A stretch of 64,000 bases of DNA from Verrucomicrobiota bacterium (lineage in GTDB: Bacteria; Verrucomicrobiota; Verrucomicrobiia; Limisphaerales; UBA8199), in NCBI GenBank assembly GCA_050011195.1, contig JBEKJO010000012.1, positions 895 to 64,894 of the forward strand. Reading direction: 5' to 3'. Below, in pieces: positions 52,924 to 62,469 of this stretch. The notes below the pieces were generated by a model. That model was not told the origin of the DNA. It did no database searches and saw only the letters and a list, made by a program, of their open reading frames with translations. Position 1 is the stretch's first letter; every line of letters begins with the position of its first letter. Made by a program: the position numbers and the translations under genes.

Positions 52924-54369
52924 TCAGCGTTGCTGCCAGCCATGCGCATGGGAACCGATGATCCACGCCCATTGCAGGTAAATGGCGTCGTCCGGGTGCA
53001 GGCCGGAGACCGCGTTGTGGTCCGTGTGGGTGTACTGCAGCCGAAGTTGGTTCCAGTGGCTCAGCGCCCAGGTGATGTAGGGCGAGTAAGCGACCGTCAC
53101 GTCATTGTGGTTTTCGGCGCTTTGCACGTAGTCAAACAGGAATCCCGCGCTCCACTGCCGGTGCCATTTGTAGGTCACGTACGAATACAGGCCGACCGAG
53201 CCGACGTTGCCATCATAATCGTCGCCGCTGCCGGGTTTGCCGTCCGGGTCGAACAGGTAACGGCTGTCGCTGTAGAGCACCTCCGTGCCCCAGTCCAACC
53301 TTTGGAATTGATTGTTCCGCAGCGGAACATAGCTCACTTTCAGGTCGAACCCCGCGACGCGGCGCTCCTTTTCGGTCAACGTCGTGACCCCGTTGGGCTG
53401 CGCCAGCGCGCCGCCGAGATTCTGGGTGCTGGGATTGATTAATCCCGATACACCCGTTTCCAATTGCAGGTCCGGCGTCAGGTCAAAATACGTCGAGAGC
53501 CGGCCAAAGTAATTGAGGCCGCTTAAGGCGCGGTACGAGCCAGGGTCGTTCGGCGGGATATCGCCGCCGAACCCATCGCCCAAGCCCGCTGTCAAGCTGA
53601 CGTAGTGCGGCACCGGCAGCAGCCAATTCACTTGCGCCCCATCGGTCCGGGACTCCCCGCCGATATATTCTTCGAGCGCCAGCGGACGATTCACAAAGGG
53701 CAGTTCGTGATCGTGGATGTAGGAGAGTTTGCCAAACTCCCCGAAGAACCGGCCGGCCTTCAACTCCAGGTTCCAGGGCAGCGAGGTCGTCTGCAAGGCG
53801 GCCTCCTCGACGCCTAACGTCGCCTCGCCCGTTTGAGAGTCGGCCGACGCATTGATCACCGCGTAGCCCTTCGCAAAAGGATCGACGGAGGCGGCAATGT
53901 TCAGCTCGACCGAGCGCTGATACACATCGAACCCGCCGGGCCGGTCGCTGCCGGTATCCTCCGACCCTTTGCTGCGGTAGGAGAAAACCGTTTCTCCGAC
54001 CAGGCCAATGGACGGATTGAATTCGCTGGGCAGGATTTTCTTCGCGGCTTCACTCACTTTGTCCACCTTCTCATTCAATTCCTGCAACTGCGCCGCCACC
54101 GCGCCCGCCGGGGCGGCATTGCTTTGAACCCCGGCCACGGCGTTCGTCGCGTTAGCGATTTGCTGCTTGAGCGCCTCGATCTGCGCCTGTTGCTCGCGAA
54201 TCAGGCGCTCGAAATTCTCGCGCATCTCGCGCTGCTGCTTCTCGAACGATTCCTGGATTTGCTTCAACCGCTGGTCGAGCTTGTCCACTTCAATTGTCTC
54301 CTGGGCCTGAGCAATGATGGCGCTCAGGCAAAGGGCAGAAGACCACCCTAAAACGTATTTCAGCTTCAT
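52924..54369 (-). CDS. Putative outer-membrane beta-barrel porin with an N-terminal coiled coil
   Basis: A signal peptide, then a coiled coil (LKQIQESFEKQQREMRENFERLIREQQAQIEALKQQI), then alternating amphipathic beta-strand-like segments to the C-terminus. I am not sure of any family name. Confidence 0.6.
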   Translation of the reverse strand: MKLKYVLGWSSALCLSAIIAQAQETIEVDKLDQRLKQIQESFEKQQREMRENFERLIREQQAQIEALKQQIANATNAVAGVQSNAAPAGAVAAQLQELNEKVDKVSEAAKKILPSEFNPSIGLVGETVFSYRSKGSEDTGSDRPGGFDVYQRSVELNIAASVDPFAKGYAVINASADSQTGEATLGVEEAALQTTSLPWNLELKAGRFFGEFGKLSYIHDHELPFVNRPLALEEYIGGESRTDGAQVNWLLPVPHYVSLTAGLGDGFGGDIPPNDPGSYRALSGLNYFGRLSTYFDLTPDLQLETGVSGLINPSTQNLGGALAQPNGVTTLTEKERRVAGFDLKVSYVPLRNNQFQRLDWGTEVLYSDSRYLFDPDGKPGSGDDYDGNVGSVGLYSYVTYKWHRQWSAGFLFDYVQSAENHNDVTVAYSPYITWALSHWNQLRLQYTHTDHNAVSGLHPDDAIYLQWAWIIGSHAHGWQQR

Positions 54370-54491
54370 ACTTTCTCTTCCAAACACGCGAACGCGCCAA
54401 GCGTCCGCAAAAGATTAAAGACTCCCCTCAGTCAACAACCAAAGGAGGGTTGCGGGTTGAGAGCCGAGAGCGGGGAGTGTTTTCCCCGGCT

Positions 54492-54839
54492 CTAACCAAC
54501 AACCGTTTGGGAAGAGAAAAGGAAAGGTGGAGCGCGGCTCGGAGAAAGCCGGTAATCGCAGGCGGGAACAAATTGAACTTCGGCGCGGCAGACCGCCGCG
54601 ACCGCGACCGGCGCCGGGGCCGGCGCAGTAATGGCGGCAAACCCGGCGAGCAACGGGTGCTGCTGGATTTGGGTGATCAGGCAGTTGTGATCGGGAGCTT
54701 GAGCATCCCGGTGGAGGAGATGGTGAAGCTCGGGCGAAATCGCCAGAGCGAACGTTGCGATCCACAGCAAAAGCATCAAACCGGCGACACTAACCCTGCC
54801 GCCAGCGCGCGAACGCCTTGATATACTCCAGAACTTCAC
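54492..54839 (-). CDS. Small membrane protein with a conserved His/Cys motif (paralog A)
   Basis: MKFWSISRRSRAGGR..., one TM segment, then SPELHHLLHRDAQAPDHNCLITQIQQHPLLAGF...DYRLSPSRAPP. It is clearly paralogous to 55032..55364. Confidence 0.65.
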   Translation of the reverse strand: MKFWSISRRSRAGGRVSVAGLMLLLWIATFALAISPELHHLLHRDAQAPDHNCLITQIQQHPLLAGFAAITAPAPAPVAVAAVCRAEVQFVPACDYRLSPSRAPPFLFSSQTVVG

Positions 54840-55031
54840 TTTCTGCGCATAATGCAGCAGATTTCATCTAATGCAAGTAGAAGCATTTAAGCGACAAGGG
54901 GCCGGTTCGCCGCCACGGCGAGCGTCAGCACCGCCGGGGAACGTTGTCCAGCAGTCTGCGAATGGGGCATCACATTTCCCCTTGCGCAACTGGACCGAAT
55001 CCTGCTTGCATTACGTCCAATCTCGGATTAT

Positions 55032-55364
55032 ATGACCGGCGTGAAGTTTTGGACGACGTCAAAGCGTCAGCGCAACGGCAGCCGTCTGGCCGCCGTCGCG
55101 GTGATGATCTCGCTATGGGCCGCGCTATGGGCCCTCGAGATGTCGCCAGACCTTCATCGTTTCCTGCACGAGGATGCCCAGAGTCCCGACCACCACTGTT
55201 TAGTCACTCTATTCCAGCACCACTTGTTGCTGTCAGGCTTCGTCGCCGCTGCCACGCCGCCGCTGCCCGTTGTTTCGTGGACCCCGCTTACCTGTGGCGG
55301 TTTTCAGTTTTATCCTTCTTACGATTACCGGCTGACCCCCAGCCGCGCTCCCCCTGCCGTTTAG
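55032..55364 (+). CDS. Small membrane protein with a conserved His/Cys motif (paralog B)
   Basis: VKFWTTSKRQRNGSR..., one TM segment, then SPDLHRFLHEDAQSPDHHCLVTLFQHHLLLSGF...DYRLTPSRAPP. Confidence 0.65.
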   Translation: MTGVKFWTTSKRQRNGSRLAAVAVMISLWAALWALEMSPDLHRFLHEDAQSPDHHCLVTLFQHHLLLSGFVAAATPPLPVVSWTPLTCGGFQFYPSYDYRLTPSRAPPAV

Positions 55365-55545
55365 TTCTCTTGTTTCGCGCAATCCCTGCGTTGTGTTCAG
55401 CGCGGGGAACTTGCGTGCTTCCCTAAACTGATCTGCCTGGCGCCACCCCGCTCGGCGGGCCTTTTCCCAGGCTGTTAACGAACGCAACTGTTTTGTCAAC
55501 GAGAACTCTGGATTTGAAACGTAAGTATTATCAATTATTTATTGT

Positions 55546-57873
55546 ATGAAGGCTCATTTTTGTCTGACTCGAACGCGCTCGACCGATGGTCGAGGCAACC
55601 CCCGGAATGCCCGGGTTTATCGCGCAGTCATTCTGCTGGTCTTACTAGCGTGTGGCGGCGCCACCGCCATCGCCCAGACCAATAATCCGCCGGTTTCGCC
55701 GGCCAGTCCCGGTGGCGGCAACTCCACGAATACCGTCGGCATCTCTACGAATGCCGTTGGCAACTCTACCAATGTCGTCAAGCTCGCGCCCACCACGGTG
55801 GTCGGCAAGCTGGACGTCGCGCGTAATCAGATTGTCCCTGATTTGGGAGCGACCGTTTACACGATGAACGAGGCGCAAATTGCCGCCCTGCCGCAAGGCG
55901 AGAACGCCCCGTTCAATACGGTGCTGCTGGCGACGCCGGGCATGGCGCAGGACTCCGCCGTCAACGGAGACCTGCACCTCCGCGGCGAGCACGCCAATAT
56001 CCAATACCGCATCAACGACGTGCTGTTGCCGGAAGGCATCACCGGGTTTGGCGAGGAACTGGACACCCGATTCGTGGACAGCTTGCGGCTGATCACCGGG
56101 TCCCTGCCGGCCCAATACGGATTCCGCACGGCGGGCGTGGTGGACCTCACCACCAAGAGCGGGGCGTTCGCGCCCGGCGGGGAGGCCTCGGTCTATGGAG
56201 GCAGCTACGACACGATCAAGCCCAGCTTCGAAGTGGGGGGCTCCAAGGGGAACCTGAACTATTTCGTGGATGGCAGCTACGATCACAATAGCCTCGGCAT
56301 CGAGAACCCGACCTCGAGCGCAACGGCGATTCATGACGACACCGATCAGTTCAAGACCTTTGCCTATTTGTCCTACATTATGGACGATACCAGCCGCATC
56401 AGCGTCATGGGTAGCGCCTCCTACGCCGATTTCCAGGTCCCCAACACGCCCGGCCTGCCCGCGGGCACAAATAGCAACGGCATCTTCTGGAATCAGGTTG
56501 GCTCTGGCTTGCCTGCGACTTTCAACTCCAGCGACCTGAACGAAAACCAAAACGAGCAGAACTATTACGCGGTGGCCGCTTACCAGAAATCGCTCGAAGA
56601 TTTCAACCTGCAAGTCGCCGGCTTTGGCCGCGTGAGCACCGTGCACTTCACGCCTGATCCGGTGGGTGATCTTTACTTCAACGGAGTCGGCAGCGACGTG
56701 GACCGGAAGCTCTACTCGGGCGGGCTGCAAGCGGATGCCAGTTACAAACTGGGGGAGAGCCACACCTTGCGGGGAGGTCTCATGGTGCTGGATGAATACC
56801 TAACCGCGGACACGACCACCACGGTGTTTAATTTGGATGCGAACGGAAACCCAACCGGGCTGGCATATCCGATCGTGGACAACACCGCCGCGCACGCCTT
56901 GTTTATCGGGGTTTATTTGCAGGACGAGTGGAAGGTTCTGCCCAAAGTGACGCTGAACTATGGCGCTCGGTTTGACCTGTATTATGCCTCCTTTGATAAG
57001 GAGAACCAGCCCAGCCCGCGCGTGAACCTGATTTATCAACCTACTGACGCCACAACGTTACATGCGGGGTATGCGCGGTATTTCACGCCGCCGCCGCTGG
57101 AAAACGTGCCTTCGACGAGCGTCGCTAAATTCGACGGCACCTCGAACGCGTCGGGGACGGATCTGGACGATCATGCCAGGGCCGAACGCGCCAACTATTT
57201 CGACGCGGGCATCAGCCAGAAGCTCGCCCCCGGCTTGCAAGTCGGCGTGGACGGCTATTACAAGAATTCAGTCCAGCAGCTCGACGATGGCCTCTTTGGA
57301 CAGACCCTCATCTTGCAGGCGTTCAACTATGCTGAGGGCAGGATCTATGGCGTCGAGTTCACCACCTCCTACACCACCGGCGGCTTCTCCACTTATGCCA
57401 ACCTCGCCTACTCGGTGGCGCAGGGCCAGAACTGGGACTCGGCGCAATTCTTGTTCGACCCGGGCGACGCCCAGTACGTCCAGAACCACTGGATCTATCT
57501 CGACCATGATCAGCGTGTCACCGGCTCGTTTGGTGCGTCATACCTTTGGAAGGAAGAATTCGGGGCCACGCGAGTCTATGTTAACGCGCTTTACGGCACC
57601 GGCCTCAGGCAGGATGGCGGAGGGACAGAGGATGGGACGCCGACCGGCGCGCCGATACCCAATGGCGCGAGCGTTCCGTCCTACTACTCGGTGAGCCTGG
57701 GGGCGGAGCAGAGCCTCAAGGTTGGGCACAAGAGCCAGTTGAAAGCCCGGCTGGACGTGGTCAACATCACCGACGACGTGTACGAACTCCGCAGCGGCAC
57801 CGGCGTGGGCGTCAATGCCGCTCAATACGGCATGAGGCTGGGCTTTTTTGGCACCCTCAGCTATGTGTTTTAG
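55546..57873 (+). CDS. TonB-dependent outer-membrane receptor
   Basis: A signal peptide, plug-domain motifs (VVGKLDVARN...TVYTMNEAQIAALPQGENAPFNTVLL, LHLRGEHANIQYRINDVLL), a long barrel and the C-terminal LGFFGTLSYVF. Confidence 0.9.
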   Translation: MKAHFCLTRTRSTDGRGNPRNARVYRAVILLVLLACGGATAIAQTNNPPVSPASPGGGNSTNTVGISTNAVGNSTNVVKLAPTTVVGKLDVARNQIVPDLGATVYTMNEAQIAALPQGENAPFNTVLLATPGMAQDSAVNGDLHLRGEHANIQYRINDVLLPEGITGFGEELDTRFVDSLRLITGSLPAQYGFRTAGVVDLTTKSGAFAPGGEASVYGGSYDTIKPSFEVGGSKGNLNYFVDGSYDHNSLGIENPTSSATAIHDDTDQFKTFAYLSYIMDDTSRISVMGSASYADFQVPNTPGLPAGTNSNGIFWNQVGSGLPATFNSSDLNENQNEQNYYAVAAYQKSLEDFNLQVAGFGRVSTVHFTPDPVGDLYFNGVGSDVDRKLYSGGLQADASYKLGESHTLRGGLMVLDEYLTADTTTTVFNLDANGNPTGLAYPIVDNTAAHALFIGVYLQDEWKVLPKVTLNYGARFDLYYASFDKENQPSPRVNLIYQPTDATTLHAGYARYFTPPPLENVPSTSVAKFDGTSNASGTDLDDHARAERANYFDAGISQKLAPGLQVGVDGYYKNSVQQLDDGLFGQTLILQAFNYAEGRIYGVEFTTSYTTGGFSTYANLAYSVAQGQNWDSAQFLFDPGDAQYVQNHWIYLDHDQRVTGSFGASYLWKEEFGATRVYVNALYGTGLRQDGGGTEDGTPTGAPIPNGASVPSYYSVSLGAEQSLKVGHKSQLKARLDVVNITDDVYELRSGTGVGVNAAQYGMRLGFFGTLSYVF

Positions 57874-57874
57874 G

Positions 57875-58303
57875 TCACACCGGCAAATCCTTGCCCGCCG
57901 TCGTTACCGTGAGCTTCCCATGCTTCACCCCTTTGGCGGCGATCAGTTCGTCGGCGATTTGCTTGATGCGCCCGGCATGGCCGCGCACGACCAGCACCTC
58001 GAGGCAGTTGTGGTGGTCCAGATGCACATGGACCGTGGAGATAATCAGCTCGGGATGGTCGTGCTGAATATCGGTCAGAGTGGCCTGGACATGCTGCTTG
58101 TGGTGGTCATAGACCAGCGTGATGGTGCCGGCGATTTCGCCGGCGCCATATTTCCGACGATGCTCAACGAGGTGATCCCGGATCATGTCGGCCACGGCGA
58201 GCGACCGGTTGTCGTATCCTTTATCCGCGACCATCGCGTCGAATTGCCGGAGCAATTTGGGCGGCAGGGAAACACTAAAGCGAGCGGCTTGTTCTTCTTT
58301 CAT
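57875..58303 (-). CDS. nikR: Nickel-responsive regulator NikR (ribbon-helix-helix plus metal-binding ACT-like domain)
   Basis: RFSVSLPPKLLRQFDAMVADKGYDNRSLAVADMIRDHL and the His/Cys cluster YDHHKQH...VHVHLDHHNCLEVLVV. The start is the internal ATG 58303. Confidence 0.9.
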   Translation of the reverse strand: MKEEQAARFSVSLPPKLLRQFDAMVADKGYDNRSLAVADMIRDHLVEHRRKYGAGEIAGTITLVYDHHKQHVQATLTDIQHDHPELIISTVHVHLDHHNCLEVLVVRGHAGRIKQIADELIAAKGVKHGKLTVTTAGKDLPV

Positions 58304-58332
58304 AGGCTGCACACGATTATTCTGTTGCGTAA

Positions 58333-58358
58333 TATTCGTATTTCTCGTAATACGAATA
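58333..58358. promoter_or_regulatory. Candidate NikR operator: 9-bp perfect inverted repeat tattcgtat-N8-atacgaata
   Basis: Read directly in the AT-rich divergent region between nikR (ATG 58303) and the downstream TonB-dependent receptor (GTG 58466). A direct repeat cgtaata occurs twice. Confidence 0.5.
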
Positions 58359-58465
58359 CCTATGAACGTAACACCACGCTTCACGCGGAGTCAAGCCTCT
58401 TCCAGCCGCGGTGGATTTCTCTGCCGCCAGAGACCGGCGGCGCGCGCAACCCTGGTGAACCGTTT

Positions 58466-60667
58466 GTGAGAATTCACCTCTGCTGGGGACGGCTGGCCCC
58501 GACAGCGGTCAGGGGCACGGCTGCGGGCTTGGCGTGCCTGGCCGTGGCTCTGGCGCCCGCGCAGGAAGCCACCAACGCGCTGGCGGCCGTATCCGCCCGG
58601 GAATCCGGGGCGGAACCTTCGGTGCGGCTGCCGGAAACCGTCGTAACCGGGAGAGCGGACAGCCTGCTCGGGATTGCGGATTCGGCGACAGAGGGAACGG
58701 TGGGAGCGGCGCAATTGGCCGATCGGCCCATGTTGCGCAGTGGCGAGATCCTCGAAACCGTGCCCGGCGTCATCATCACGCAGCACGCGGGCGGCGGAAA
58801 GGCGAATCAGTATTTCCTGCGCGGCTTCAATCTGGATCATGGCACGGACTTCGCGGTATTACTCGACGACATGCCGCTCAACTTGCCGTCGCACGCGCAC
58901 GGCGAGGGTTACTCCGACATGAACACGGTCATCCCGGAATTTGTGCAGCGCGTAAACTACAAGAAAGGCCCTTACTATGCCGACGTAGGCGATTTCGGCT
59001 CAGCGGCTGCAGCGCATCTGGAATTTTACAAGACGCTCCCGCAAGACTTCGTCACGCTGGAAGGCGGCATGTTTGGTTATGAGCGCCTCGTGTTTGGTGC
59101 GTCGCAAAAACTCGGCTCGGGCAATTTGCTTTACGGAGGCGAAGCCTATCACGACGACGGCCCTTGGGTGAATCCGGATGACTATTCTAAGTTCAACGGT
59201 ATTTTGACCTACAGCCAGGGCGATGAAGTCAACGGCTACAGCGTCACCGCGCGCGGCTATCACGGCAAATGGAATTCCAGCGACCAGATTGCCTCTAGTT
59301 TTGGCGCGACGAATTTCTTTGGGGCCATCAATCCAACCGACGGCGGCAATTCCCAGCGCTACAGCCTACAAGCCGAATGGCATCGCCATGACGAGAATTC
59401 CGAAACAAAAATCATGGCCTATGGGTTTTACTATGACCTCGATCTGTTTTCCGACTTCACTTACTTCCTCGCGGACACGAACAAAGGCGACCAGTTCGAG
59501 CAGCAGGACAAACGCTGGGTGGCCGGCCTCGACGCGCGCCACACGATTTTCAGCCAGTGGTTTGGCCAGGACGTGGAAAACACAATCGGTTTGCAAGTCC
59601 GCAACGACTGGATCAACAACGGCCTTTATCAGACGGAAAATCGCGTGCGCGTGGACAAATTCGATTTGGCAACCGGCACCATTCTCCCTGCCGTCACGGA
59701 AGCGGATGATTTTACGGACACGCAAGTCGGCTTCTATGTGGAAAACAAAATCCAGTGGGCGGAAAGACTCCGCGTCGTCGCGGCTTTGCGCGGCGACTTG
59801 GACTATTTTGATGTCACCGGCCTTAGCAACCCGACCAATTCGGGGACGGCCGACGCTTTTCTCCCCAGCCCGAAGTTGAGTTTGATTTTCGGGCCGTGGG
59901 CGAAAACAGAAATCTGTGTGCAAGGCGGTTTTAGTTTTCACAGCAACGACGGGCGCGGCGCGACGCAGACCGTGGAGCCGGTCTCGGCGGATAATCCCTA
60001 CCCCGGAACAACGTCCGCGAAGATTCCCGTCTTGATCCAAACCAAAGGCGCGGAAATCGGCGTGCGCACGCTGGCCTTGCCGCATTTGCAAAGCACTCTT
60101 TCACTGTGGTGTCTGCACAGCGATTCCGAATTGCAGCAGGATGGCGACACCGGCGGCACCGTTGCTTCAAAGTCACCGAGCAACCGTTACGGTGTCGAGT
60201 GGGCGAATTACTACACGCTGACCAGGCATTTGGCTTTGGACTTTGATTGTGCGGATTCCATCGCCCGTTTCACTTCAATTGACGCGGATGATGCCGCTCC
60301 GGGCAGTCCCGGCGGCACGCATGTGCCCGAGGCGGTCGGGCTGGTGATTTCCTCGGGCATCACGCTACGTGATTTCCATGGCTTTTCGGCGAGCCTCCGG
60401 CTGCGCTACTTCGGCCCGCGCGATCTCACCTCGGATGCGCTGTATCGTTCCAGCGAAACGCTGCTGCTGAATGCGGAAGCCGGCTATCAAATTAACAAGA
60501 CGTGGCGCATCTCCGCCGAATTCCTGAACCTGCTTGACCGGCGCGACCATGACATTGATTACGCCTACGAATCACGTGTGACGCCGACCGACCCCCCGTC
60601 CTTCCAAAGTGTCTTTCATCCCGTCGAACCCTTCCAGGTGCGGGTTGGCCTGACCGCGCGGTTTTGA
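58466..60667 (+). CDS. TonB-dependent outer-membrane receptor (candidate NikR-controlled metal uptake)
   Basis: GTG start with signal peptide GLACLAVALAPAQE. The plug reads LPETVVTG...ILETVPGVIITQHAGGGKANQYFLRGFNLDHGTDF. The C-terminus is FQVRVGLTARF. The upstream part of ORF 57848..60667 is antisense to nikR. Confidence 0.85.
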   Translation: MRIHLCWGRLAPTAVRGTAAGLACLAVALAPAQEATNALAAVSARESGAEPSVRLPETVVTGRADSLLGIADSATEGTVGAAQLADRPMLRSGEILETVPGVIITQHAGGGKANQYFLRGFNLDHGTDFAVLLDDMPLNLPSHAHGEGYSDMNTVIPEFVQRVNYKKGPYYADVGDFGSAAAAHLEFYKTLPQDFVTLEGGMFGYERLVFGASQKLGSGNLLYGGEAYHDDGPWVNPDDYSKFNGILTYSQGDEVNGYSVTARGYHGKWNSSDQIASSFGATNFFGAINPTDGGNSQRYSLQAEWHRHDENSETKIMAYGFYYDLDLFSDFTYFLADTNKGDQFEQQDKRWVAGLDARHTIFSQWFGQDVENTIGLQVRNDWINNGLYQTENRVRVDKFDLATGTILPAVTEADDFTDTQVGFYVENKIQWAERLRVVAALRGDLDYFDVTGLSNPTNSGTADAFLPSPKLSLIFGPWAKTEICVQGGFSFHSNDGRGATQTVEPVSADNPYPGTTSAKIPVLIQTKGAEIGVRTLALPHLQSTLSLWCLHSDSELQQDGDTGGTVASKSPSNRYGVEWANYYTLTRHLALDFDCADSIARFTSIDADDAAPGSPGGTHVPEAVGLVISSGITLRDFHGFSASLRLRYFGPRDLTSDALYRSSETLLLNAEAGYQINKTWRISAEFLNLLDRRDHDIDYAYESRVTPTDPPSFQSVFHPVEPFQVRVGLTARF

Positions 60668-60670
60668 ACC

Positions 60671-61402
60671 ATGTCGAACGCGACGAATACAGTGGATTCG
60701 GATCGGCTATCAGGCGCTTACGAGCTGAACTCCGAACTGGCCCGGACGGGGCTGCATGCGACTGAGGCAGACCCCGACCGGAAGCTCGCCTGGGTGAACT
60801 CCATTTGCACGCTCTTCCTCCTCATCGGAATCGTAGGCTCCCAGCCAGCCTCTATCAGGATTAAGCCGTTGCCTCCCATCGAGGAGGTCAACGCGGCGAT
60901 TGTCGAACCCCTCCCGCCGCCACCGCAGGTTCGGTCTGACCAGAAAAAGCTGGAGCAGCAGAACGAGCAGGAACAACCAGACACGCCCCAGGTGGTGGTG
61001 GTGACTCTGGACGCTCCCAGCATCAACTTCTCCGTCCCAACCATCGGCAACGTGCTGGTGCCCAATGCGATTGCGCAGGCCCCACCGGTGGCCCCGCTCA
61101 AGCCGGTGGCTCCCGTGCGCAACCTGCCCGCGGTGCTCAATACCACCGGCAACGCCGGAGAGCGACCGGAACCACCTTACCCCAAGATTGCCCTGGAACA
61201 GGGCCAGCAGGGTTCGGTCATGCTCCGCATGACCGTAGATGATGCAGGCCTGGTCAAGACAATCGAGGTGGCGCAATCCTCGGGATTTCCGGTCCTGGAT
61301 CACAGCGCCTTGGAATTTGTGAAACGGCACTGGACCGTCCCGCCCGGCAATGGCACCCGGATTTACGAAGCAACCATCAACTACAAACTGCAAATCAACT
61401 AA
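60671..61402 (+). CDS. tonB: TonB-family energy transducer
   Basis: An N-terminal TM segment, a Pro-rich spacer (EPLPPPPQV) and the C-terminal TonB_C pattern PPYPKIALEQGQQGSVMLRMTVDDAGLV...SSGFPVLDHSALEFVKRHW. Confidence 0.85.
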   Translation: MSNATNTVDSDRLSGAYELNSELARTGLHATEADPDRKLAWVNSICTLFLLIGIVGSQPASIRIKPLPPIEEVNAAIVEPLPPPPQVRSDQKKLEQQNEQEQPDTPQVVVVTLDAPSINFSVPTIGNVLVPNAIAQAPPVAPLKPVAPVRNLPAVLNTTGNAGERPEPPYPKIALEQGQQGSVMLRMTVDDAGLVKTIEVAQSSGFPVLDHSALEFVKRHWTVPPGNGTRIYEATINYKLQIN

Positions 61403-61414
61403 ACACTCGTCTCT

Positions 61415-62047
61415 ATGGCAGCAAACATCGTATTTCAATTCTTTCTCAAGGGCGGTCCGGTGATGTGGCCGATTCTGTTTTGCGCCCTGGCGGCCGTGGC
61501 CGTGGTGGGCGAACGCGCTTTCTGGTGGTGGCGTGAGAGTCGCAAACGGGATGTCCCGAGAAGGGAAAAGCTCGTGGCGGCCTTGGAGAACTCGGATGTC
61601 GAGGAAGCTCAGCGGCTCGCTCAAGGCTCCGAGGACCCAGTCATCCGCATGATTCGTCACAGTCTCAACCACGAGCATACGTCGATTCCGGTGGCGCTGC
61701 AGATGGCGGCCGGGATAGAGGTGGAGCGGGCCGGCCGTTTCCTCAACGTAATGGACACGCTGGTGACACTCGCTCCGCTGCTGGGGCTTCTGGGCACTGT
61801 CACCGGCCTGATGCGCGCCTTCCTCAAGGTCGGCGAGGCGGAATTGTCGGTCATGGCCGTGACGGGCGGCATCGGGGAAGCATTGATCGCCACGGCGTGC
61901 GGTTTATTGATCGCCATCGTTTCCCTCGTCCCGCTGAACTTCTTCTCCGGCAAACTGGCGCGCTTGCAGTTCGAACTTGAGACCGCCGCCAGCAACGTCG
62001 AAGTGCTGGCCAATGCCGGGAAATTGAACCGGGAGGTGGTCAAGTGA
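61415..62047 (+). CDS. exbB: MotA/TolQ/ExbB proton-channel protein
   Basis: LAPLLGLLGTVTGLMRAF...GGIGEALIATACGLLIAIVSLVPLNFF. Confidence 0.9.
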   Translation: MAANIVFQFFLKGGPVMWPILFCALAAVAVVGERAFWWWRESRKRDVPRREKLVAALENSDVEEAQRLAQGSEDPVIRMIRHSLNHEHTSIPVALQMAAGIEVERAGRFLNVMDTLVTLAPLLGLLGTVTGLMRAFLKVGEAELSVMAVTGGIGEALIATACGLLIAIVSLVPLNFFSGKLARLQFELETAASNVEVLANAGKLNREVVK

Positions 62048-62469
62048 ACCTGGGTTCTCCTTTTCGACGGAAGCATTGTCGCATTGAGATCATCCCGCTT
62101 ATTGACATCATGTTCTTCCTGCTCGCGTCCTTCATGATGGTCAGCTTGAGCATGGACCAAACCCGGAATATCAAGGTGAATCTGCCGTACGCGACCCAGG
62201 CCCGGCACGATTTCAAGCCCGATATGCTCAACGTAGCCGTGGACAAGGCCGGGGCTGTGTGGTTCCAGCAAACGCAGGTTTCGTTGCCGGAGCTGAGCCT
62301 GGTGGTCAGCAACCGGTTCCGCGCCGATACCAATCTCCCGGTTTATATCAGTGGCGACCGGGACACACCGCACGGCGCGATGGCCGACGTCTATGAAGTC
62401 GTCCGCGCCGCCGGGGTTCAGAAAGTCGCCTTCGCCGTAGCCGGCAAAGAAACCCTAAACGCCCAATGA
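62044..62469 (+). CDS. exbD: ExbD/TolR-family protein (copy 1)
   Basis: RIEIIPLIDIMFFLLASFMMVS followed by a periplasmic domain. It overlaps exbB by 4 nt. Confidence 0.9.
   Translation: MNLGSPFRRKHCRIEIIPLIDIMFFLLASFMMVSLSMDQTRNIKVNLPYATQARHDFKPDMLNVAVDKAGAVWFQQTQVSLPELSLVVSNRFRADTNLPVYISGDRDTPHGAMADVYEVVRAAGVQKVAFAVAGKETLNAQ

Noticed and set aside
55365-55545. Cobalamin or other riboswitch, or an intrinsic terminator, in the 181-nt leader of the first TonB-dependent receptor
   Set aside because: Only vague resemblance (GGGGAAC, GCGCCACC). The conserved B12-box and AAUCC core are missing. The cccgc-tcg-gcggg stem with a CCUUUUCCC tail is just 5 bp with a 3-nt loop. This is too weak to call.
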